A stretch of 64,000 bases of DNA from Octopus bimaculoides (lineage: Eukaryota). The stretch spans positions 26,287,843-26,351,842 of the forward strand of contig NC_068992.1 in the NCBI RefSeq assembly GCF_001194135.2, read 5' to 3'. The notes under the pieces were generated by a model, which did not search any database, was not told the origin of the DNA, and was given only the letters and a program-made list of their open reading frames with translations. This document shows positions 1 through 12,599 of this stretch, in pieces. How positions within the stretch are numbered: the stretch's first letter is position 1; every line of letters starts with the position of its first letter. The position numbers were made by a program, and so were the translations under genes.

Positions 1-479
1 TACTTTCAGCCCATATGCGATGCTTTCATCACTGCAGCTGCGATTAATAAGTTAATGATGGTTTTGTAGTCGCACGGGAATTGTCATTTGAGGAACATTG
101 TTAAATTATACCCACCAGATATACACAAATCAAAGAAAACCGAATAATTTGTAACACCAATGAAATTCAAAGTACGGAGATGGAAAATAGACGTGCGAAA
201 TTTTCACAAAAAGTTGAATTTAGTCATATCATACATCTCACTAGATTTTTGCTTCATTTATAACTTTTTTGTTTCTTCTAGTTTGCCAAATTTAAAGGTA
301 AAAAGTATCAGCTAGAACAAATATACGGTACTTAGGCTAACAGGTGACAACCAAGAATAACTGACAGCGGGAGGAAATCTTTATGAAGTTTAACTGGCTG
401 AGTAACGATGGGAAAACATAGCTGTATCATGTATGGACGTGTGCATATATATATGTGTGCGTTTGCGAGTGCGTGTGCA

Positions 480-483
<4 letters not shown>

Positions 484-523
<40 letters not shown>

Positions 524-537
524 TGTGTGTGTGTGTG
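484..537. repeat. (TG)n microsatellite
   Basis: Near-perfect TG array directly visible. Confidence 0.95.
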
Positions 538-557
538 CCTGTTTCTGTGTATACGGA

Positions 558-864
558 TGCATTCGAGGAGCACTCCGTCGGTTACGACGACGAGGTTCCC
601 AGCTGATACGTTGAACGGAACAGCTTGCTCGTGAAGTTAACGTGCCAGTGGCTGGGCACTCCACAGACAGGTGTACCCTTAACGTAGTTCGCAGGGAGAT
701 TCAGCGTACCACAGAGTGTGACCAGTGGCCCTTTGAAATACAGCTGAGTGGACTGCAGCAACGTGAAATACAGTGTCTTGCTGAAGGACACAACGCGTCG
801 CTGGGAATTGGACTCACGACCATACGAACGTGAGCTAAAGTGCCTAACCACTAAGCCACGCACC
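558..864 (-). mobile_element. tRNA-derived SINE, family A (CORE-like body)
   Basis: Minus strand starts GGTGCGTGGCTTAGTGGTTAG (A box), then GTGAGTCCAATTCCC (B-box-like), TTGTGTCCTTCAGCAAGACAC (resembles the CORE domain start) and tail GTCGTAACCGACGGAGTGC; homologous to 44409-44657. Confidence 0.8.
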
Positions 865-2661
865 TTGACATAAGTATGTATATGCATGTGTGTCTGTGCT
901 TGTAAGTGAGTGTATTTTTGTAGAATAGTAAAACCGAATCTGTGTCAAGCAGAGTCTACGTGAATAATTTTTTGAAGCTATTATGAGTCATTATGATTAA
1001 CAAATTGACTCGGAGTTTTCAAAAAATAACTTTAAAACCATTTGCAAACGAAGATTAATATAATTCCAGTACATTCAATGGCTAAAAAAGGAGGGAGGTA
1101 TAGTACAAACATATGCGCGCTCGTATGTATGCATGTAGTATGTTTCTTTTTTCTTTTTTTTTTTAAATGGGCATAATTTTAATATTCGTGATGTAACTCC
1201 AAACAATCATTCAGGCTCTGTTTACGCATTATATATATTTTAAAAACAGTTACACTGAACAATGACGAAATAAGAAAAAAACGTGACAAAGGAAAAAGCG
1301 AAGAAGGTTGATGCAAAGAAGGGAACAGGGAAGACGAAACGAAATCATGAAAACTAAGATCTGCGTTGTCCCAGATTGCAGAAACCGCAATAACGTATTA
1401 CCTTGTCTTAGTCTGCACTTTTATACTGTATTTCCTGAGCTTCATGTGAATATATTTATACCACGCCCAACTGTTTTTATTTCCATTACCATATCGAAAT
1501 ATTAAAAAAATGTATTTCTGTATTTATATAAGTGCGTGATGATATACATGTGGGTGGTAACTAGCAAGACTAGGATGAAATACTCAAATGAGCAAAATAC
1601 TCAAAGAAAACATATTTTGACTGGAAGTGTATTCAAGGTGATGCAATTTTGTGGTTGTCCGTGGCGTTTCACTTATAGACCTCAGAATCTCGTATTTGAA
1701 TGAAGCAGAGATGAATTTTTAATGAGGATAGTTAAAATGAATGAATGTTAATGCAAAACACAACAGTGCTAATGGAAAGACATACACTTAAATGCTGACT
1801 TACTCTGGATGCATTTGTAAGTATTGATAACAGTGAAGTTGAAAATCTATTAGTTATGAGATGAATTGAGAACGTGAAATATTTTATGAATTTATGAATG
1901 CAAATGATAATGCATTAAAGCACAAATTGATACAAGCATCCATGCGAAGAAATAGGCGATTGGTAACAGTAGCGGGAAACGATTGACTTAGAAAATTAAT
2001 ACAAGTAAACTATTCGGAGCATGTTGTTTGAAAGGTTTTCCGGATGATAGTAAAGTAATGGGATTTTAGTATACATTATATGGAACACTTCCGTGGTATA
2101 AATATTACAGTCGTTGTTATTCCACTCACAGCATTTAACGCTAAATGCTGTATTTTCTCCATTACCCACAACGTCGCAATACTCTGCAACGAATATATTG
2201 AGAAACCAATGAAGTTAGTTAATTTTTTTCATTAATGCCTAAAGAAATGCGTGTGTGAATAAAGGCCTGCCGTATGTTGGTGTCACACATTTAGTCGAAA
2301 CTAAATTTGGTATTCTTAGTCACAGTATAAAGACCATATGCGGTAGTTATTGGGATCGGACAGGTTGTGGAGCTTGGTATGTTAAAGGTTAACTGTTTAG
2401 AAATGTTTAATAAGATTAGACGTGTTATATTATGCAAATTGTTACCCATATTCAGAGTGGTTGGATATAGAATTTTATATTTCGGATAATAGTTTTGGTT
2501 TAAGTGGGTAAGTATGTAAATTGGCTAAGAAAGTCAGTGGGTGATCGATGTTACGACTGTAATACTGAAGGAAAATGAATACCGGATTATGTCTCTTTTC
2601 TTGTTTTTGTTTCTATAGAGACATGAGAAATGTCGTCATTATGTAGTAGATGTTATTATTA

Positions 2662-2876
2662 GCCAGTGGCCGAATCGTTAGCACGCTGGACGAAATAAAG
2701 GCTTAGCAGTATTTCGCCCGTCGCTACGTTTTAAGTTCAAATTCCGCCGAGGTCGACTTTGCCTTCACCCTTTCGGGGTCGATAAATTAAGTACCAGTTG
2801 CGTACTGGGTCGATCTAATCGACTGTCCCCCTCCCCCAAAATTTCAGACATTGTGGCTATAATAGAAACGATTATT
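2662..2876 (+). mobile_element. tRNA-derived SINE, family B
   Basis: TGGCCGAATCGTTAGCACG head, AAGTTCAAATTCCGCCGAGGTCGACTTTGCC B-box region, ATTATT tail; about ten homologous copies in the window. Confidence 0.85.
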
Positions 2877-3086
2877 AGCCAAAAATCGTTAAGCACGCTG
2901 GGTACAATGCCTATCGGCGTTATGTCCGTCTTTGCGTTTAGAGCTCAAATTCCTCCGAGGTAGACTTCGACATTCATCATTTTGAGGTCTATAATATAAG
3001 TACCACAAGAACACTGAGGTCGGTGCAAGTTACTAACCCCCCTCCACCAGAATTGGTGGCCTGTGCCAAACTTTGAAACCATTACT
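2877..3086 (+). mobile_element. SINE family B, second more diverged copy in tandem
   Basis: AATCGTTAAGCACG...GAGCTCAAATTCCTCCGAGGTAGACTT...TGTGCCAAACTTTGAAACCATT directly after the first copy. Confidence 0.75.
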
Positions 3087-3714
3087 ACAGAGAATTCTGT
3101 ATACGAACTAAAAGTAAATACTGAGATTTGTTGTGATTAATCGTGTACTTATACAAATGTTGTTTCTCGAGGTATGTTTACTATAAGATCTGGAGTAAGT
3201 AGAATGCATACAAACAAAATAAAGCATTTCATTAGGTAAGTAGTACAAGGCAATAAAGAATCTTTGAATGATCTAATTTAACAGAAAGCTTGCTTTTGTG
3301 ATAGGTTTTGGGAAGCTTTTCTTTTTACTTTTCTTTCTTTGTTGCTTTATTTGTGAATTAATATCATTCGCTTATATTTTCAAATGATGTAGAATTAAAG
3401 TAAATTGTCAGGACTTACTCATGATGCCAGGAAAGCATATTCTAACCTGTGCAGTATTTACAGTATCTGCGTAATTATTCCTAAATAACATGACACTGCC
3501 TCAGAAAAACTTAAAAGAGATGTTGTAGAAAACTGGTAATAATGGTACATCCTCACACATGACGAAGGGAATAACTTAGTCACTACAAGTAAAGAGAAGT
3601 ACATGAAATACGAGAGTGCGTAATAGGCGGTGATATGTAGTCGTGTCTTTACTGGTTTTATTAAGTATACTGTATACTGAAGGGGTCATTATAACAATCC
3701 AACATTTCAAGGAT

Positions 3715-3753
<39 letters not shown>

Positions 3754-4063
3754 NNNNNNNNNNNNNNNNNNNNNNNNNNNNNNNNNNNNNNNNNNNNNNN
3801 NNNNNNNNNNNNNNNNNNNNNNNNNNNNNNNNNNNNNNNNNNNNNNNNNNNNNNNNNNNNNNNNNNNNNNNNNNNNNNNNNNNNNNNNNNNNNNNNNNNN
3901 NNNNNNNNNNNNNNNNNNNNNNNNNNNNNNNNNNNNNNNNNNNNNNNNNNNNNNNNNNNNGTGTGTTATTTTAAATGGCTTATAAACACCTTCCACGCTG
4001 CAATTGTTTTCGTTCCAGCACACGATCTCAGATCAGGTCACTTGCTATGCAAGTGCATCTCCG

Positions 4064-4097
<34 letters not shown>

Positions 4098-4612
4098 GTT
4101 GATAATTCGTGTGGTCTACATCTGTGTAGATATATAAGTGTTTGTGCAGTTTCAGCTGCAAAAATGCTTGCGTACTTATGAAAGGTATGCATCATTCCCC
4201 TCGTATTGATAACAATATTCGCCTCCTTGATTCTAAATTCCATACAACGTAGCAGTTGTCGAATTATATAATAAATATGCGTTTCTATGCATGTTCGTTC
4301 GTTCGGCAAGTGAAAATATGATTTTTATCGCCTTTTTCATTACTGCCCCAATATTTATATTTTCGTGGGGTCATCAATAACTCGTCTGTATGCATGTATC
4401 ACGAATATCGTGATAACTATTATTCATTTTGTTGTTAATATCACTATCTTACATGTGAGCAATTTTGTCGGTGTTACTGTTAATGCTGAAATTATTGCTA
4501 CTATGTTGGCAATAGTTCCCAAAAGCCAAATTATTCTGACCGCGATAAGGAAATCTTCCACCGTTAGTTGCATTGATGTGTAGAAATGAGAAATATATAT
4601 AAATTGCAATGG

Positions 4613-4678
<66 letters not shown>

Positions 4679-4766
4679 CATATACATACATACACATATA
4701 TACATATATGCAAGCATAGATACATACATACATACATACATACATACATACATACATACATACATA
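4613..4766. repeat. (GATA)n plus (CATA)n tetranucleotide arrays
   Basis: Directly visible arrays at about 4613-4677 and 4721-4766. Confidence 0.95.
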
Positions 4767-6639
4767 CGATTGAGATGTTATAGAACATTTTATCACTCGT
4801 TTTTTAATATTGAAAATGATATAATAAAAATATCAACAATGAAAAGAGTAATAATAATAGTAATAATAATAATAACAACAATTGTGACAACAACAATAGT
4901 TACAATAATAATTTCCCTTACTCGTTCTTTGCCAGCATAGCCCATTCATTAACATAAAAGTTGTTTGTGATGTTTGCGTTTGTGGTTGTAACGTAACTCA
5001 CCTGTATAATTTCCTTCTCAGGAAGCTGAACTATACTGAGGATCCAACCCTCCTTATGAATGCTAGCAAATGATAACCACCACAGAGGTTAGGAAAACCT
5101 AACTAGCCTCCATGTTAGATTTCTTTGCATTTTCACCGATCTTGGCACTTAGGAAACAGCATTTGACCCGCAATGACTCTTATATTTGTTGGCTTCGTAA
5201 ATTCATAGACTTCTCTAGAAGCAAATGATAGACCATTTGTTTTGTATCCCCAACCCATCCGCAGTTTTAAACATATTGAGTGCTTTATGACCAGCATAAA
5301 CGATAAACAGATTTCAGTATGTATTGACCAGTACATCTGCCAAACAATATTTGTATAACAAAAGCCTTTATAAATTTCTGTGCAATGCATCAACTCATCA
5401 AAGTAAACATCACCGCACTCTTCCTTTATCATCAATTCGTTTAAATGATTCATCAGTTGTTCCTGGTCCAAATGAGTATCTCCGAGATTCATAAAATACA
5501 TGCTTTACGATGTGTTCCGCATGTTTTATAGCGTTTTTCCGCTATAGAAAACTATATATTTTCATACACGTTATCTCTCAGTTATTCTTGGTTATTTTCT
5601 CTCTTTCATTTTCGGGATTTCCCCGCTGACCGCAATAGTCTTACACTCCTGTTGCTTTTCCATTTCTTCACATTTGTCAAAAGATGTGGCTGTCCAGTAG
5701 GTTATAGGAGAAGAATGACGTAATTCGGTTTCATAATCAGCTTTTGGAAGCTAGAAATAGGCAAGCTCTACCCACGTTAACGATTTTACGACTGGAGACG
5801 TCTGAGTTGCAGCAACCTTAATAGTAATATGATAATGTTACTGTTCGTACCTTTTCAGCTTCTCCAGGTCCTCAGGACATATGACCTTCAAATCATCTTT
5901 ACTCGAACATGTGTAGGAAGTGGGCTTGCTGTACTGAACAGCCAGTCATAAAGCCTTCCTTTCTAAAGGGAAGAACTCCAAATAATGTTGAGGTTTTGCA
6001 GATTCATGACAATTTGTGCATATCTACAGAAAATACATAGCCAAAAGTTACGTCAGTACTGACACCTGCTCATATTGAACCCTGAAAGTTAAAACAAACC
6101 GGATATCAGCATCATCTCGGATGTCACGCCTTTGCGATGCTGCTTTGTGTGGTTATATTTGATGTAATGTTGCCGGTGGTGGTAGTGTTAGATTTATGAG
6201 TTGCATATTTGTAATGGTGGTGATGTCGCTGTTGTCTTTGTTGTTATATACTACTTCGCTTCCTTTGTTATTTCTCTTGTTCTTGTTTTCTTGTAGTTGC
6301 TGCCACTGCTTATTACCATGGCAATGAGTGAAACATTGGTGCTGACCGTGATAGATTGCATTTATTGTCACAATACGCTGCGTTTCATACCATTTTATTT
6401 CTATTGTTGTTCTTGATAAACACTGCATCGATGGCAGTAGTAGTAGAGTACTGTTATTGTTGACGGTGGTAGTTTTGTTTAGCAGAATTTTGCTGATCTC
6501 TTTGTTTCTATTTTTGACATTGTAGCTATAATTGTCGCTACTGGTGTTTCCGTTCAGCAATTTACTCCTTTTTAAAAAACTCTATACTTTACAACGGACT
6601 GAAGATACAGAGTTTGGCTATTGCACCTACCTCCCTTCT

Positions 6640-6849
6640 TCTGATGAACGAATGCAGAAGTTGGCGCATTCCCACATCAGCTCTTGCAATACTTGTTCTT
6701 AATTCAACTGAGCCTTTCATCACTTGTAAAATCCAAACGCTGTTTGAAATTCGGTGTTCGTGTCTACTTTTATCTATGGTGAGGAACCTTGGTTAAAGAA
6801 CGAGAAAATACGACCACGAATACAAGCGACAGAGATGGAGTTCCTTTAA
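6640..6849 (+). mobile_element. Decayed RTE-type LINE ORF fragment (post-RT region)
   Basis: Translates with stops to SDERM...SVFVSTFIYGEEPWLKNEKIRPRIQATEMEFL, matching the RTE pattern SxFVPTLTYGxExW...RIQAxEMxFL. Confidence 0.65.
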
Positions 6850-8628
6850 TGATACATCCCAGCACATCAAGTGAGCCTAATTCGCCGTCAAATTTCACTG
6901 GGATTTAAACTCACAGTGTTACGGCACACAACGAAACATCACATTTTCTTTTTAGTTCTAAAGCAAGTCTGTTTCTTCATTAAATTAATGATAAAAATAA
7001 TACTAATGGCATCTTCAAAACTGTAGCTTTTATAATTATTGCATCTTTAGTTACTTTACTATTGTTATGTTTTCTATATACTTAATGATTTATTTCTTAA
7101 TAACGAAAATAATACAACCAATGCGCATACAAACCTAGCATCAACCAATCATAATTAAATACACATAAATAATTAACATCATTGTTAGATCTCTTTCAAA
7201 ATGTTTTTCCACCTTTCAGTATTTTACTGTTTCGTTTCGTTTTGTTTTTTTTTTCTACTTCTTCATTGAAATTTTATTAATTTGATTTTATTGTTGCAGT
7301 TTCTTGTCATATTCAATTTTGTTGTATCTAAATTTGATTGTATATAATTTTACTCTCATTAGTGTTTTTTTTTCTTGCATAATTTTTTTAAGGTTAATTA
7401 ATTAATTTTGCCTCAGTAAATCTCTAAATATATTTTTACGTGGATAAATTTATAATTTTCTCAACTGTTGTGTTTCTATAAATATAGCTGTATTTGTTTT
7501 GCACATAAAATGTTCAATGAACTCTGAGTTTCTAATCAATATCTCTTTTGTTCAGTTAACATTTCTCTCACAAACTATCACTCTTTCACTTAGCTTCAGT
7601 TTTATCTTTCTTTCTCTTTTCTATCAATTTTCTTTACAAAGAAAGAAAAAATCATCTGAATATGTGAATGTATGAAGATTTGATAAAATAATACAAAAAA
7701 TGCGTATTTTAAAAAAAGTTGATGTCGAAAGAAGAATGAAGATGGAGAATTAATTGGTTACCATTGGATATTTATATTCATGTGTGTTTATGGGATTGAT
7801 AATTTTATTCACTGTATTATGCAATCTCATTGAATGTGATTGTGGACAGGTTGGTTTGTTTGCTTATAATATTTTCATTTGTATTTGATTTTATTATGCA
7901 TGTTTAATGTCACTAATTTTTTCCTAAGTGTGTTATTTTATTTCCGTACACGTTCATAATAATATATTCGTCCGTGTTTGGAATATTTCTGTTATTTATT
8001 TTTGTTAAAGTATCGGCGTTAAATGTTTCTCTGTCAGCATTACTTTCAGAACATTTCACAGTATTTTCAATAAATAAGAAAACAAATAAATTTAACAGAA
8101 ATTTGCCCCCAAAATTCATAATATTGGAAAAGTATATAGCAATTAATAATTGAGAAAATCAAGATAACGAATTACGAAAAACGATAGAGCATCAGACTAA
8201 GCATTTCTCCTGTGTTTTTGAGAACTCCTGTTTTTTTGAAACTCCTGTTTCTTCTTTGTTTTTGTTTTTTTTAAACTGTTTCTACACTACGTACAGATAA
8301 CAACTCCATTTCTAGAAAACATCAGTAATATGCCAAGACCAAATCAGTTTATAACATCTGTATGCGAATACAAAATATGATAATATAAATGCTCCATTAG
8401 AAGTATAATTCCTCACTGCAGATAACATTCTAGAAAGCAATGAAATCTATATTAATATTTCTAGTATTAAAAATGCGAACAAAGTTATTATGTTTCCACA
8501 ACAACACGGGCTTTGTGCGGCGTCAGGCCTGAAAAGCCAGTGTAATTCTAAATATATCGTTGGCAGTGATATTTGGCTGGTATATGGCGAGTGGACAGTG
8601 ATCACCTAAGAGATAAAGAGACTCAGTT

Positions 8629-8713
8629 CCGCCCACATACGTGTGGATGTGGATAGGTGTTTTTATGCCTCATGCATCTATATAAGAAGATATTTCAAAG
8701 CCAATACCTCAGT
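8629..8713 (+). promoter_or_regulatory. Possible Pol II core promoter (GC box, TATA, Inr-like)
   Basis: CCGCCC near 8629, TATATAAG at 8679-8686, TCAGT at 8709-8713 (TATA about -32 from the Inr A). Motif spacing only; no transcript evidence. Confidence 0.2.
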
Positions 8714-10380
8714 ATTTGGTGATATAAGAGAAACAAACACGTTAACTTAGACATAAAGATTTCCTTTTGTTATTAATACTGCTTCTGTTGATAACTATTT
8801 TTTAAAGCAATGATTTTAATTATGGAAATAATTTACAACGATGTTAATAAAATCCACCACCTATATATTTAAAAATAAAATACATTATTTATTGAGACCT
8901 GTTTTTCGTGCCTTATTTTCATAGTGATAACCACCATAATAAAGACAATTTAATTCAAGATGATTTTCATTTTCTCCTTGAAAATTTAATGAGCTCAGTA
9001 TCACATAAAGTATGATGTCTAGAATCATATATTAAATAAATATTCATGAGCGATTTTAGTTGGTCAAATCTCGCCTCCACAAAATACAATTCTTCTGCAG
9101 ATTAATTACAGACGAAATGCTAACATTTATTATATTAAACCAATATTATTAGCACAACTTTGTCATTAAAAACATTATATTGCCTGGAAACAAAATCCTG
9201 ATAATGTCGCAAGTCTCCATACTTGTAGCTGAAGTGTTTGCTGCGGGTAAAAACTGAAATGTGTGTGAGTTGCATCACACATCAGTTATCTCGACTAATT
9301 AATAATGAAGCAACGAGGGAATATCTGAATGATCGTTTACACTGCTGTAAATGGCAGACAAATCTACCGCAATACATACCTTAAAGAAATGCAAGAGAGA
9401 CAAGAACATGAAAAAGGGAGAATAAAATCTTCACTGCAAACCCCTTTATCTTATATCTACGCTTTAACGACGGATTGGGGAACTTTAGTTTTTCACATTA
9501 ATACCGTAGCAGTATTTCTTACGTCATGTCATGTTAGAACAAATATATCATATCATATCATATTAATTATGTGTGTGCTTACGCCAAGTAAACTCTGTGG
9601 GTCTTTGAACTTCGGATATAGAGTGACGAGAATAATACCGAAATGCAATTCATTAAGGGGAAATTAAGTGAACGCAGTAACGTCTCATGCTATAAGAGTT
9701 TGATCACATAACGTTCTGTCTTAAACAGGATGTTTTTTTCTTCAGTTTTTAGTTACAATAGCGTCTGATCACTCTAAGATATTTTCATGCATTTGGATTG
9801 ATTGAAACTGTGTAGAGGCCTTTCAGATTAGATAAATATGCATTTCATAGGCCGAACATTGTTTGAAATTGCTTCACACTGCTTACGACCAAGATTTTCG
9901 TTAGAAGTGTGAGTATCGGTAGAATGCTCAGTCATTTACACGTAACTTTGGTGAGTAGCACGTCCAGAAAATCCAACAACGATATGCTCATCGCCAAAAC
10001 CGATGGAGGATTCCTCATTACTCAAAATACACATTAAATATAAGAAACTAAATATTATTTTCCACTACACATTAAATATGTCTATGCGCAGATGTTTTGT
10101 TTAGATGGAGAGGAATATTAAAATATTCACACATTTCCGCGAGGTAATGTGGATATTGTGTAAACCAAGAGTGACGATCGAGCCGCTATTTTCACTCAAT
10201 ATATTCTAATGTTTGTTTTACGTTCCTCTATGACATTCGGAACATGTTCAAACTTTAATTGTCTTTTTAATAATCAGAAAAATCGTTTCGAATCGGTGAT
10301 GAATATAATAACTGATATTAAGAATATTATGTCTGTCTGTCATGTTCAACATAAACAATGAGACAAAATTCTTTAACGTT

Positions 10381-10583
10381 AGTTTCAAATTTTACCACAA
10401 GGCCAGCAATTTTGGGGCAGGGGATAATTCGATTATAACGAACCAGGATTCAACTACTAGTTATTCTATCGGCACCGAAAAGAGGAAAGGGAAATTTAAC
10501 CTTGGTGAAATTTGAAATCAGAATGTAACTGCGGACAAAATGCCGCTAAGCATTTTTCCCAGCGTGCTAATGATTCTGCCAGC
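10381..10583 (-). mobile_element. SINE family B copy
   Basis: Reverse complement gives GCTGGCAGAATCATTAGCACG head and TTGTGGTAAAATTTGAAAC tail. Confidence 0.75.
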
Positions 10584-11606
10584 AACTTCAAGGTTCTTTG
10601 ATACTAGTTTCATTTTTTTCATAATCATTTTCCTTACCTTGGACGAAAATAGCAGTAATTCTAAAATTTACTAGGGGAGATAACTGCAGTAATCCACTTC
10701 TTATGACGGTCTCAGATCCGCAAGCATTATTGTTGCTGTTTTTGAGAGGATTTTATAAGAGTGAGGAATACCTGGTTGGTGTGTTTTAGTAATTTAACTA
10801 AAGCACACCCATTCGTTTCAAGATTGTTCCAGTTATTCTAAATGCATCTCTATTTCTGTCATTTCATTAAATACATTCCCATTTTGGAGTTTGATATAAA
10901 GATAATTTGGCTACACTTTCTAGCTGATTAAACGATCACAATAAGGTTCCCTGTATCCAATGGTGTTTCACGTTAACTGACATGCAAAAAAAATACAAGG
11001 AAAAAATTAATGGATTTCAAGCAGCAATTAGCTGTGAACAGAAATAGAATTTCGTAATAAAGAAATTTTTTTAATAGGTTTGAATTAGAAATACTTTTTC
11101 TTGTCTTTTTTCTTCTTTTTTTTTTTTTACTCAATCTCAACTAAAATAGAAATTAATTTCATCAATAATTAAATGAAGCAAAATAACTGAAGGATAAACT
11201 GAAGCATGGACTCAAGATTCAGCGAGAATAACATCAGGAGTAGCAAACAAACGTATGTATATATATGTGTATATATACATACATATATAAATATATATAT
11301 ATATANNNNNNNNNNNNNNNNNNNNNNNNNNNNNNNNNNNNNNNNNNNNNNNNNNNNNNNNNNNNNNNNNNNNNNNNNNNNNNNNNNNNNNNNNNNNNNN
11401 NNNNNNNNNNNNNNNNNNNNNNNNNNNNNNNNNNNNNNNNNNNNNNNNNNNNNNNNNNNNNNNNNNNNNNNNNNNNNNNNNNNNNNNNNNNNNNNNNNNN
11501 NNNNNNNNNNNNNNNNNNNNNNNNNNNNNNNNNNNNNNNNNNNNNNNNNNNNNNNNNNNNNNNNNNNNNNNNNNNNNNNNNNNNNNNNNNNNNNNNNNNN
11601 NNNNNN

Positions 11607-11777
11607 GTTAGGTTCTGAGTTCAAATTTCGCCGAAGTCAGCTTTGTCCCTCATCCTTTCGGGGTCGATTAAATATGTACCAGTTACGTTTTGGAGGTCGT
11701 GTAATCGACTTAATCCCTTTTTCTGTCCTTGTTTGTTATCTGTATATTTAGCCCCTTGTGGGCAATAAAGAAATAAA
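11607..11777 (+). mobile_element. SINE family B copy (5' end lost in gap)
   Basis: GAGTTCAAATTTCGCCGAAGTC...CATCCTTTCGGGGTCGAT...GTACCAGTT...TAATCGACTT; alternative tail CCCCTTGTGGGCAATAAAGAAATAA. Confidence 0.8.
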
Positions 11778-12044
11778 TATTGCACCCTAGTCGAAGCTTC
11801 ATTTCATATATTTTCTGTAATTTTTTCATATTTCTTCCCTGTTTTCAAGTACGAGTTGTAACAATTTATAAAATGATCTAATTATTCGTCTCGACATATC
11901 ACAAAATTCCTGTCATTTCTATAGATGCGATATAGCTATAAAAAATATTCTTTTTCTTTTTACATATCACCGACATAATACAAGTCAATTCATTCAAGAA
12001 AATAACTTAAACATCTTTTTTTTTAACGAATCGATAATGATTGT

Positions 12045-12161
12045 AATAATTCTTTTCTACAAAAGGTACAAAGCCTGCAATTTGGTGCGAGGGAACGAGT
12101 CGAATATGTAGATCCAGTTATTCACTGGTACTTAATTTTTCGACCCTGCCAGCTCGCCGCC
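12045..12161 (-). mobile_element. SINE family B, internally deleted copy
   Basis: Minus strand GGCGGCGAGCTGGCAG head joined directly to GGTCGAAAAATTAAGTACCAGT, missing the B-box region. Confidence 0.65.
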
Positions 12162-12599
12162 TTAATAATGATTATAATAAGGATTTCGTTTTGGCTGCAA
12201 GAGTGGCGAAGAATGATCCAATAAAAAGAAATAATTTGTCGTGGTTCGGTTTCCGTTTGCGTTGCGGCTTTTGCTTTTGCTAGTGGTTACTGATCACACA
12301 GTTATATTTGTAACTTTTGTTTTTCTTGTTATTCCTACTGCTATAGTTACAAACAGTTATTGGTGATGCAGTTGACATATCTGCAGTGGCAAAATCAGTG
12401 ACAATCACAAGATATTAACTGGGCAAGAAAAAAAGAGAATGAGCCAACGCACTGGAATATTGGGAAGCTCAACACTAAAATAATAAATGTTAACAATGAA
12501 AACATGTTTAGATTTTAAACAAAACTTAAGGAGAGAACGCTATCACGTGTTGTTAACACGACGAATATGCAAAATACTATAAATAATGATCAGAAAATA

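Noticed and set aside
841-864. tRNA-like A/B boxes at SINE heads and regularly spaced repeats
   Set aside because: No complete cloverleaf, so no tRNA gene is called; no repeat-spacer array, so no CRISPR; no rRNA seen.
2400-2560. LEMFNKIRRVILCKLLPIFRVVG, faintly like the RTE KAFD region
   Set aside because: Too degenerate; no second RT motif recoverable.
5516-5550. Small hairpin TATAGCG/CGCTATA
   Set aside because: Short and AT-rich, with no CTRR Helitron end or other supporting context.
6153-6560. N/T/K-rich 135-aa ORF; similar blocks at 42600-42850 and 49343-50230 (V/I-rich 140-aa ORF)
   Set aside because: Three-base periodicity of decayed GGT/GAT/GTT repeats explains the open frames; no domain or splice support.
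9280-9380. Strong minus-strand acceptor followed by MYCGRFVCHLQQCKRSFRY, zinc-finger-like
   Set aside because: The His ligands of a C2H2 finger are missing and the frame closes quickly.
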